Shown: positions 13,401-25,400 of the stretch, one piece after another | Layout of the letters: every line of letters starts with the position of its first letter | How positions within the stretch are numbered: position 1 is the stretch's first letter | Assembly: GCA_026770705.1 (NCBI GenBank) | Contig: JANJGN010000010.1 | Location: 39,928,001 to 39,992,000, forward strand | Length of the DNA: 64,000 nucleotides | Source: Isurus oxyrinchus | Taxonomy: Eukaryota | Reading direction: 5' to 3' | Translations under genes and position numbers: made by a program | Notes under the pieces: generated by a model | Told to the model about the DNA's origin: nothing | What the model saw: the letters and a program-made list of their open reading frames with translations, nothing else | Database searches by the model: none

Positions 13401-16400
13401 TACAAAATCTACCTTATACTTTAATGTCCATAGTAAATACACAGTCCATGTAAATCTAGGGCGACCTGTGGCCAGACACACCCCACTCTGAAACCAAGTG
13501 ACCGACGGCACCCGAAACAGATGCTATGGAACTTTCATCAATTCCCCCAGATTCTTGTCACACTGTGAGACAACTGGTCTCACTGCATCTTTCACACGAG
13601 GGTTTCCAATCTCCACTTTCCAAGAGCTCACCTCGGAATCTTTTCCCAAACCGACGCTTTCTCTCAGACGCCTTCCCCAAGGGTTCACCTCCAGGATTTC
13701 AAAGTCTCCTGGTGCTCCTCTTCCCTGGGTTATCACATGCCCTCAAGCTGTCTTCCATACACTGGCTCTCAGCAACCCAGCCATCAACACTGTCACTGCT
13801 TCACATGGCCACAGCAAAGATTTACAGACCTTCAGTTCTCTTTTTGGACCTCTTGCCTCTTGCAAGCTGTTCTCGCTTTTAATCTGCTTTCTGCAGCATT
13901 TGTCACTTTGAATCTGAAGCTTGGGACCTTTCTCTCTGCCTCTCACTCTTAACTTCACTTAAGAGGACCTTTTCCAGGTTCTTGTCCTTCCTTTTGACTA
14001 AAATGTCTGATTAGGACTTTCACAGAATCACACAGAGCAGAAAAAGCCCTTTAGCCCATCAAGTCTGCATCGATACGTGAGAAACACCTGACCTACCTAC
14101 CTAATCCCATTTACCAGCACTTGGCCCATAGCTTTGAATGTTATGACGTGCCAAGTGCTCATCCAGGTACTTTTTAAAGGATGTGAGGCAACCCGACTCC
14201 ACCACCCTCCCAGGCAGTGCATTCCAGACCGTCACCACCCTATGGGTAAAAAAGATTTTCCTCACATCCCCCATAAACCTCCTGCCCCTCACCTTGAACT
14301 TATGTCCCCTCGTGACTGACCCTTCAACTAAGGGGAACAGCTGCTCCCTATCCAGCTGTCAATGCCCCTTATAATCTTGTACACCTCGATCAGGTCGCCC
14401 GTCAGTCTTCCCTGCTCAGATGAAAACAACCTAAGTCTATCCAACATCTCTTCATAACTTAACTGTTGCATTCCAGGCAATGTCCTGGTGAGTCACCTCT
14501 GCACCTCCTACAGTGCAATCACTTCCTATAATGTGGTGACTAGAACTGCACACAGTACTCCAGCTGTGGCCTCACCAAGGTTCTATACCACTCCAACATG
14601 ACCTCTCTACTTTTGTAATCTATGTCTCGATTGACAAAGGCAAGTGTCCCATATGCCTTTCTCACCACCCCACTAACATGCCCCTCCGCCTGCAGAGATC
14701 TACGGACACACACGCCATGCTCCCTTTGTTCCTCAGAACTTCCTAGTGTCATGCCGTTCATTGAATACTTCCTTGTCAAATTACTCCTTCCAAAGTGTAT
14801 CACCTCACATGTTTCAGGGTTAATGTCCCCTGTTTCACTCCCCTGGATTTTGGTGACTTTTCTTTAGCTTTAGACTTGCTATCTGTCCTTTTTCTTCCAG
14901 TCTCTCTCTGGGAGCTACTTTCAACCAATCTTAGCTTGAGACTGGCTACCTGTCCCTTTTTGGTGGCTTCTCTTTGGCAGCTGTATTCAAAACCAGTTCA
15001 ACTCCAACCGCTTCCAAAACAAACTTATTTTTTCCTTCTTCTGTGTGTGTCTGTGGGTGGGGTCTGCCTCTCTGGACCCCTGTTGCTTGGCAATGGAATT
15101 TTTTTTCTACTTCTGCTTTTTTAATTTTTAATTTAGCTTACAGTCATAAAATTCTCTTCAGAAATGCAAGCACATTTTAAAGTGGAGCTAAAACCCAATT
15201 TGAATTTTCTTAACACACCCATATGGAAATGCAAATCAAATAAACTTTAAAGCTAAAACTCATTCCTAATACCCAAAAAATACAAATATAACTTACTTAA
15301 ACTAACTCTAATTCCTAACACTTGCTTGGGCTACTTGATGCCATACTTGGTCAAATGCCGCCTTGCTGTCAAGGGCAGTCACTTTCACCTCACCTCTGGA
15401 GTTCAGCTCTTATGTCCATGTTTGAACCAAGGTTGTAATGAGGTCAGGAGTTGAGTGATCCTGACAAAACCCAAACTGAGCATCAAGTCCACTTGATAGC
15501 ACTGTTGATGAACCCTTCCATCACTTTGTGATGATTAAGAGCAGACTGATGGTGTGGTAATTGACTGGATTGGTTTTGTTCTGCTTTGTGTACAGGACAT
15601 ACCTAGGAAATTTTCCACATTGCTGTGTAAATGCCAGTGTTGTAACTGTACTGGAGTAGCTGGGCTAGTGGGCAGCAAATTCTGGAGCACAAGTCTTCAG
15701 TACTATTGCTGGAATATTGTCAGCTTTTGCAGTATCCAGTGCCTTCAGCCATTTCTTGATATCACGTGGAGTGAATCGAATTGGCTGAAGACTGGCATCT
15801 GTGATGCTGGGGGCCTCCGGAGGAGTCCAAGATGGATCATCCACTTGGCACTCCTGGCTGAAGATTGTTGTAAACGCTTCCACCTTATCTTTTGCACTGA
15901 TGTGCTGGGCTCCTCCATCAGTGAGGATGGGGATATTTGTGGAACTATTGTTTAATTGCCCACCAACTGGACTGGATGTGGCAGGACTGCAGAGCTCAGA
16001 TCTGATCTGTTGGCTACGGGATTGCTTAATTGTGTCTATTGCATGCTACTTATGTTGTTTGGCATGCAAGCAGTCCTGTGTTGTAGCTTCACCAGATTAA
16101 AACCTCATTTTTAGGTAAGACTGGTGTTGCTCCTGGCATGCCCAATGCAGCTCCTGACAAGCCCTCCTGCATTCTTCATTGAACCAGGGTTGATTCCCTG
16201 ACTTGGTGCTAATGGTAGAGTGGGAGATATGCCAGGCCACGAGGTTACAGACTGTGGTTGAGTACAATTCTGCTGCTGCTGAAGGCTCACAGCGCCTCAT
16301 GAATGCCCTGCGGGAACAGGGCCTTTGACCTTTTTCCAGATGCCCTTTCTCTCAAGGAGTTGGTTAGGGGCTGTCAGGTACAAAACAGGGGAGCAGCCTC

Positions 16401-19400
16401 AGTAGGACACCCAGGGCCATCCACTCAAGGTGATGCAAGGGTGTCCAGCCATTCCAAATCCCCTCGGCCAGAGACCCCATCAACTCCAATTGGTCAGACA
16501 GAGTAGGTCGACCTGCCCCCCAGCTGGTGACCTTTAGCAGGACAGGGCACTTCAGGCCTCAGCGCTCCAGAGGACACCAACTAAAGTCATCCCAGACAAT
16601 AGGGCATAGCTATCAGCAGGCTGCCTGCACTTCTGATGCACAGGCATCTCCATTCACCCAGGAGGACAGAGGTTTGCAGCTGCGAGTTGACTGCCAATCA
16701 CCAGCATGCACTTTGTAGGCATCCCCTTCCTTCTCTCCCATCATCACTAGCTCTGACTGCAGCCGATGGAAAATGGCTGAGTGTGAATAGCAGCTCTGCA
16801 GCTTTCTGCGATCTCGATGTTATGAGAGCCCTCTGGGCCAGACAGGCTGCTGTGTGGGCCTCACCAGATACTGAGGATTTCAAATGACCATAGCTCTCAC
16901 AGTTTTTCCATGATTTTTAGGGTGTTCCTTTCATTGTCCAGTTGTGCTGACCTTGACCTCCATCCACCTGAGAAGAGCCTCTTCCCACCTGAATGTTTTG
17001 CAATTGGACATCGAGGGCATTGTCTTGCTATTGAGCTGCCTTTCTGTAGTGATGGTTCAGGTTACTTTTCATACCCACTCAACCACCTTTTACCCTCCCC
17101 CTGTCATTCACCAACTTCCCCCCCACCCCAGCACCATCGACCCCCCTAATGTGACTTTCACTCTCCCCTCTGTAACCCTTCAACCTCCCCATTACACTGT
17201 ACCTATCATTATCAATCTTCACCTGCCTTCCCTCCCTGCAAAGACTACACCCGTTACTGCACCCATGCCCACTTGCCCACTCCCCTTTTTGGTGCCAACT
17301 TTGTTGTCCCCTTCAATGACCCTCCTGATGAGCATTACACCCACCAAACACACACCCTGACGCTCCCACCCATCCCTTCTTGCCATCAGCGCCCTCAGTT
17401 CTACCCCCAGTACTTTGTCATCGACACTGCTGACCACACCCTATAACACACTGTTCCACACTCCCTGCTCACTCCATCTACTTTGTAGCCTTCCACTGCC
17501 CCTCCTGCAGACTGACAACACCTTCATCTCTTCCAATCCCGCTTCATGCCCCCAACATCCCCTTCCCGTGCCTTCCACACCTTCTTTCCATGTGTACCAT
17601 CTGTGATGGTGGCTCCCGTCACCCAAGAGAAGACTGATCCTCCTCAATGGGGAAGGCAGCATCGTGTGCCTGCTAAGTCCTGGAAGTCACCCTCGCTCTG
17701 CACTTGCCACATTAGTTCATTCGTGAAACAGAACAGTATAAATTCCCGCTAACAGTGTGGTGGATTTGATGGGGGTGCAAGATCCTATTCATTTGGTCTG
17801 GTAATTTGCATTCTGGAGATGCAAAATGGGTTCCTGACGTTCACCAGCGGGAAAGTCGACCCACCATTTACCTGCCACGAAAGGTCGGGTGAACAAGATT
17901 CCAACCTGATCTCCCGATATCAGAAAACTGATCTTTGGACTCTCGTCACATCTCCTGCTTCCACCCACTACGATTCTCCCCGGTGGTGGGAGGGGACGAT
18001 TTCGTCCAATGACTTTCTCCAGTACACCTGAAATATTGACACCTTCCAACAGTGTGTTCTAATCCAACTTTCCAATGATTTTATAATCCAGAGTTAAAGT
18101 TTCAAAAGTTGCTCTCCCATTGAAATCCATCCTGAGACTATCTGTATGCTTATTGTAACAGACTATCTGACTGAGTGCACAATAAGGATAGAAATTATAT
18201 ACTTGGCATGGTGTTTACCTCTTTCAGAGGGAGCAGTCTTGTTTTCAGGAAGTATTCTTTCAGTATCACCTTCATTTTCTTTTGGTTTTTGTTGCCCTTA
18301 AATAACAACAAGGTCAATATATATTATCCAGCAGACAAATTGATCTGAATCAATACCATTTGAACCTCAATCTGGCATTATCACAAGTAGATCATTCTAA
18401 CTCTTGTTCAAGTTACTTCTACTAGGAATTTTTGAAAGCTGACAAGAGCACTTATATTCCAACTTTCTCTCTTGCATTCTGGTTAAAACACAAATTATGA
18501 ACCGATCTGATAGCAATATGTTTTGAACAATTATGATTGTTTGGTTTTCATTTGCTGCTGACTCACTTTCTCAAACTACTTGTGCGCTGTGCTCAAATTG
18601 TGTTCTCTTTGTTCCTAACTTTTTTATTAATAAGCTGCTGGACCACTGTTCCAGCCACTTTAAAGGATGATTTGACATTACACATTTGGTGCCAGCTTTG
18701 TAAGTAATGCTGGTTTTTGCTCCAGTAGAATTAATGAACTGAAAGTTCATTTGGAGATCAAAACTATGGGAATCATAAACTTTATTGTGTAGATACATAC
18801 AAAGTGCTCTGCTTTAATGTTTACTGGGTTATTGGGTTGAGTAGATCAGGATGGCCAGATAGTTCTTAATTATAAGATAAGAAATCCAGAAGTAATTTGA
18901 TACTCAGTAGCCTATAATGTAATGCTGAATGGGGTGTGTCACGCTCACGCGGTACAAACCTATTAATTGTAAATATGAACTTATGGGGCAGAATTTTAAC
19001 CTGGGCGTGCGAGGTCAGTATGGGCGGTCGGGAATCCAAATGCCACCTGAGATTGGCAGCGCTCTGTGAATAAGGCCAGCCTAGTGTGATCCACAGCCTG
19101 GAATGTGTGCGAAGGAGCAGCTGGGGGGCGGGGCCATGATGTCCACCTTGTCCAATGGCGACCCGGCGGCGGATTCTAATGTGGCCTCGGCAGCCCCTGG
19201 AAGGCTGCCACCAAGGGACACGGAAATGTTGCCAATGGAGACCATAGTGGGTGCACACGGCAGGAAGAAAGGCAGCAAAGTTGGGCAGTCGGCCCCGTGT
19301 TTTTCGGACGAGTGTCTTTCAGCCCTACTGGAAGAAGTGGCAGTGAGGAGAGAAACCTTTGTCCCAAAGGAACAGGAGGAGGATGCCTCCTCACCTCACC

Positions 19401-22400
19401 AAAATGACCTTAGAGGTGTTGACACTGAGGTTCAGCAGCCACGACGCCGTGAGATGCACATGGGTCCAGTGGTGTAAGTGCTTCAACGATCTGCTGCGAT
19501 CGGAAAGGGTGAGTCCCATGTTGGCATGGGTCACTTTACAGAAGAGTTAAGGGCTAGCCACCCTCCCGCCCTTGTGTACCTCAGAGGTGTTTGAGTGTGA
19601 GTGGCAAAGGTCAATGAGGCAGGATCTGGCCAGGAGGGTGAGCCCTGGCTGCTTGCACTGAGTGCCATGTGGCCCCAGGGTCAGGAATTGGCTGAGGCAT
19701 GCAAGGTGTTCCTCAGGTGGGATTAGACAGGCAGCAATGATCCTGCAGGTAGAGAGTGGACTAATCAATGCTCCTCTGCCCTTTCAGGAGAAAACATCCC
19801 ATAACAATGCAGAGAGGTCGCAGACTGGAGGGGGACCCTCACACCTCATCATCCTCTCGCATTACAAGCAGGAGGCCCTGAAGCTGGGGAGGCACCATGC
19901 ACCTCGATCAAGCAGCCGTGGTGAGGTTGGGCTGCCAGAGGGAGGTAAGAGTGCAGTGCACTGAGGTCAGAATATCAGTAATTGATACCATCCCAGAGTA
20001 GTCTCTATATTGATGCGAGCCTGGAACCTGGAATCCCCACTGATAATCGAAAGACAAGGGCACCATGATGCAAATCTCTGTTGCACCAGGTGCCAGGCAT
20101 GAACAGTGACAGTTTCATGACTCAAACTAAGGACATGTCCTTCTTCCCCCTTTTAGGCTCACCAGCAGTTCTTTAGGAATAGCCTGAAGGCCAACCTCTG
20201 ACCCCTGAGGACCACAATGCTGAGCACACACCAGCGTCACATCCACTCTGCCAAGCAAGTATCAGCGCAGATACCAGCACCTCGGTGGGCATAACATTGC
20301 TGGGTAATCTATCAGTGCACATTGGTGAGGGCACTTCACACTCACTTGAGGTGCAGGCGGAGGCAGAGAGTCCCCAGAGTGTCAGCTGTTGCAGAACTGC
20401 TGGGGACCAGGACAATGCTCAGTCAATGGCTGATGATGGGCTTCTGGAGTCATCCATGAGGCAGCAGATTCTGGATATCCAGCAGAGTATGTGGGAGGAT
20501 CTGGTGGAGATACATGAGGGAATGCGTGACATGGTGTCCATTGTGGAGGAGTCCATGTACAGCATAAACAGTGTTTGGCTCTCATGTCCAGAAGCAATGC
20601 CTCCTTCATGGAGAGGAAGGTGATTCCCATGGAAAGGCTCCTCCATGGGACTTAATCAGGGGTTCCTAGGAATGTGCTCAGACCTGCAAGCCCTCACACC
20701 GGCAATGACCTCAGCTGGTCAGTGTCAGTGTGGGAGATGGATTGGGCACCCAGTCTACCAGCTAAGTACCCGTTCATCAATGAGCAGGGAGGTCCAAAGC
20801 GTTGGCACATGACGTTGGCAGACAAGCTGCCTGTTGTCGCTGCGGGCTCCTTTCAGGGCGCTCTGGATGATGGCAGAGGCTCCTCTGCCCCAATGCCAGT
20901 GACATGGTATCTGAAGAGGCTGCAGTGACTGAGGAGTTGCCAGTCATGGCACTGGCCACGCCTTTCCCGGCGAAGCCAGCAAGGCTCCACGATCAGAGGA
21001 CGCTCGCCAAGGCCATCAAGGCCAACAGGACAGCAGAGTGAGCAGGCTGTCTCCAATGCCGGTGCCAGCGAGGGGGAAGCACCTAGACGGAGCACTTGCA
21101 AGCGAAATCTTAAAGGACATGAAGCACAACACAGCCTGATCACCGGTGATATTTGGTTCTCCCATTTTTCTTCATTTTTAATGGTGTGATGAAAACACTG
21201 GTTCATGTTCATTTCTGCTATTTTTAACCTTCACAAGTAAATGAGATGTTATTTTGTGCAACTGGCCTCTGTATGCTTCATTTGGATACATCAGGACACA
21301 GTGTAATGGAGCAGGGAATGTACAAACCATCAGATGTATGTTGTAATTCTGGCACCTCAGCACTTAAGGAATTCTCTTTCTTGCTTAAATCTAATGCATT
21401 TTTGAGGGGACGAGTTACTCTTTGGTCCTGATAACTGCTCTGCTGAAATTTCCCAGTGAAATAAATTCTTTGCTTCCTGCTCCCCTTTCCTCTTCACAGA
21501 TGTAACAATGTGCACCACTTCTGGACTGAACACAGTAACTTCCCAACTCAGATTGGTTTCCTCACCATCTATGATTTCACGAGGTTTCTTGATATCACTA
21601 ATTGAAGGTGGAGCTGGAAAACAAAAGATATTATTGAGATATAAACTCTTATGTTCCAACTTCTTCTATTTATTCTTATTTAGACACAAATTAGGAACTG
21701 AACAAACAGGAATGTTTATTGAACAATTAGACGGACAATTAATAGGTTCTCAGTTGCAGATGTCCCACTTTCTCTAAACTACATACAAGTTCTGCGCAAA
21801 CTGAGGTCCCTTCATCATACTGGGCTATTAACGAGCTAATGAACCACTGTTTGAGCCTCTTCGAGTGAATGACTTGTTGTTACTCAACTTGTGGCAGCTC
21901 TGTAAGTAAAGTTAGTTTCAGCCAGCAGGATTAGTGAACTGCAAGTTGTAGTGTACAGCCACCCTATGGGAATCGTGAACTTATTTTGGAGATGGACAGG
22001 TGGATTCAATTATTGCAGTCCATGTTGGGACCAACAACATGGTAAAGAGAAGGAAAGAGATCCTATTCGGAAACTATCAAGATCTAAGAGTTAATCAAAG
22101 GACAGCATCTCAAAAGTTATAATCTTTGGATTATTTCCCAAGCCACATACAAAACGGCATTGGGATAAATCATTTAGGGAGATGAACACATCATTGAATG
22201 GGTGGTGTGGGAAAGAGGGCTTCTTGAAGGACCTCCCGAGTCACTTCAGAGCATGAGCCAGTTTCTTGATCATATGTTCCAGGAGGTGGCCACCTCATAG
22301 GCAGTAAGAATTCAGGATATTAGATGGGTGATCATCCAGAAGAGTAGGAAGAGAGAAGAAGTGCAGGCCTCTTCAGACTATGTGCCACTCTGAAACCGGT

Positions 22401-25400
22401 ACTCATTATTGGAGACTGCTGGGTGCCAACACCCTGAAAGAGTGCACTCCAGATCATGGCACCAATGGGCAAAGGATTGCATGGGGGAAACAGCAAAATT
22501 TAGCAATGCAGTATAGGAGATTAAATAGTTAGGCAGGCAGATAGCATTTCTGTTACCCTCATCTCGAGTTCCACATAGTGTGGGGTATTGGAACTAGAAC
22601 TCAACAAGACTGGGGGAGGATGTGAGAGAGGAGCAGTGGGGAGCGTTGTGCACCAGAATTTCGAAGTAGAAAAGTGGAATAAAGGAGTGACAGTGTTGGA
22701 TAGTACTGGAAAAGGAAATAGGAGCATATTAGATAGGAACAAGCTAAGAAGGACTATGAGGAACACAAAGATAGCTTGACAGGGCATGCATATAAAGACA
22801 CAAAGTATGGTGAAGAAGCTTTGTGAGCCACAAGCAAAATATTCGTGTGAGAACTTGATGTAGTGGCAATAATGGAAGCGTGACTTAAAAAAAATGAAAA
22901 CTGGGGACCTAATATTCACAGATCGAAAGTGGTCAGAAGTGATAGGGAAGGAATAAAGGAAGTCAGGTGGTATAACTGATTAGGAAGAGAGTGCAGTGTT
23001 GGAAAGAAAGATTGTCCTTGAGGGGGTAAGCACTGAATCTACTTGATTGGAGTTGAGAAGGAAAAAGTGTATGGCCTCCAAATAGTGAGTGAGAGTGTGA
23101 GATGAAGGGGCAATTCTGGAGGAAAATCTTAGAGCTGTGTTAGAACTGTAGCATTGTTATATTGGGGTACTTTTGTTGAACAAATATTGACTGGGGTATT
23201 GTTAAGAGTGAAGGGTAAAGAGGGGGAGGACTTTTTGAAACATCTCCAGGAGAATTTCTTTGATTGGTATGTTTTTCGTCCAATTAGAAATGAGGCATTG
23301 CTGGATCTGATGTTGGGGAATGAGGTTGGCCAATTAGATCAGACATCTCTGGCGGAGCAATTGTATAAGTGTGATCATTATATCATAAGTAATGAGAAAG
23401 AACAAGGAACAATCTAACACAGAACTTCTGATTTGGAAGAGGGCTAACTTCAATGGGCTGAAAGAGGATTTTGCCAGGGCAAAATGGAACCAAAGTTTGA
23501 CAAAAAAAATGCAACTACAACAGAACAATGGGTGATCTTTAAAGAAGAGATATCAGCTAGATATACTCCAACAAAAAGGTAAGGCAGGAGAACCAAAACC
23601 TCGGATTCTTGGATGGCAAGAACAATAGATAATATGATGAAACAAAAAAATAGGGTGTATGATGCATATCAGCTGAATTCCTCAAGTGAGAACCGAGTTA
23701 AATATAATAAGCTGAGAAGAGAAATGAAGAGGAAAATAGGATTCGCAAAGAGAGAACATGAGAATAGAATTGCAACTAACATGTACAATGACCCCAAAAT
23801 TTTCTTCTTTAAAGTAACATTGAAAGCAGCACTGGTCAGGAGATAACAATCAGGGTAGATTACTCAAACTAAAATAGAAATTTGTAACAGAGAGGTTTAA
23901 GAGTTGCAGCAATGTTCCCCAGGATGAAGCCAGTAAGACTGTCAGGGGATGAAGTCAATCCACATAAATTGTGGCGCCTTGTTAAGAAATCATTATCTTT
24001 TGCCACAGTTGTGAACAATAACCTCAGGGTGGAGAATAGTAGAAATATAAGGAACAGTGTTTTACTTACTCACTGAACTGATAGTTAGCTTGACTGCGTG
24101 TATCATGGATGTTTTTGTGTCAAAGTGCAAGACTGTCAACAACAATCAGGAATAATTTCTACAGACAGAGAAGCAACGCAATGGGGAATGACACAAATGG
24201 AGAGAAGATGTCAGAATTTCACAAAGCCTGACCTGCAAACACTTTATGGAACATCATGAGTATGATGAAACCTCCATTCATGGATGAATGCTATGAGGAA
24301 TCAACTACAGTTTCGTTCATGAGTCATGCTTAGTTATGACATATATGTAAGCACACAATCAGATTGTTTATCCTACTCTGGGTCTTGGTTTGTTAAGGAT
24401 TCTCTCCCATCATCACTAGCTCTGACTGCAGCCGATGGAAAATGGCTGAGTGTGAATAGCAGCTCTGCAGCTTTCTGCGATCTCGATGTTATGAGAGCCC
24501 TCTGGGTCAGACAGGCTGCTGTGTGGGCCTCACCAGATACTGAGGATTTCAAATGACCATAGCTCTCACAGTTTTTCCATGATTTTTAGGGTGTTCCTTT
24601 CATTGTCCAGTTGTGCTGACCTTGACCTCCATCCACCTGAGAAGAGCCTCTTCCCACCTGAATGTTTTGCAATTGGACATCGAGGGCATTGTCTTGGAAT
24701 TGAGCTGCCTTTCTGTAGTGATGGTTCAGATTACTTTTCATACCCACTCAACCACCTTTTACCCTCCCCCTGTCATTCACCAACTTCCCCCCCACCCCAG
24801 CACCATCGACCCCCCTAATGTGACTTGCACTCTCCCCTCTGTAAACCTTCAACTCCCCATTACACTGTACCTATCATTATCAATCTTCACCTGCCTTCCC
24901 TCCCTGCAAAGACTACACCCATTACTGCACCCATGCCCACTTGCCCACTCCCCTTTTTGGTGCCAGCTTTCTTGTCCCCTTCAATGACCCTCCTGATGAG
25001 CATGACACCCGCCAAACACACACCCTGACGCTCCCACCCATACCTTCTTGCCATCAGTGCCCTCAGTTCTACCCCCAGAACTTTGTCATCGACACTACTG
25101 ACCACACCCTATAACACACTGTTCCACACTCCCTGCTCACTCCACCTACTTTGTAGCCTCCCACTGCCCCTCCTGCAGACTGACAACACCTTCATCTCTT
25201 CCAATCCCGCTTCATGCCCTCAACATCCCCTTCCCTTGCCTTCCACACCTTCTTTCCATGCGTACCATCTGTGATGGTGGCTCCTGTTACCCAACAGAAG
25301 ACTGGTCTTCCTCAATGGGGAAGGCAGCATCGTGTGCCTGCTAAGTCCTGGAAGTTACCCTCGCTCTGCACTTGCCACATTAGTTCATTCGTCAAACAGA

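Larger units (their letters stand above)
12061..16302 (-). mobile_element. Decayed CR1/L2-clade LINE split by the solo LTR (12061-13155 plus 15321-16302; duplicate part at 1450-2431)
   Basis: RT-region peptides QPWFNEECRRACQE and IRFTPRDIKKWLKALDTAKA..IPAIVLKTCAPE. Confidence 0.8.
1..24403 (+). repeat. Near-identical tandem segmental duplication, period 13871 bp (about 13899 after indels): 1-10504 matches 13872-24403
   Basis: ORF pairs at constant offset (230/14101, 4700/18571, 9714/23613) with only scattered substitutions. Confidence 0.97.
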
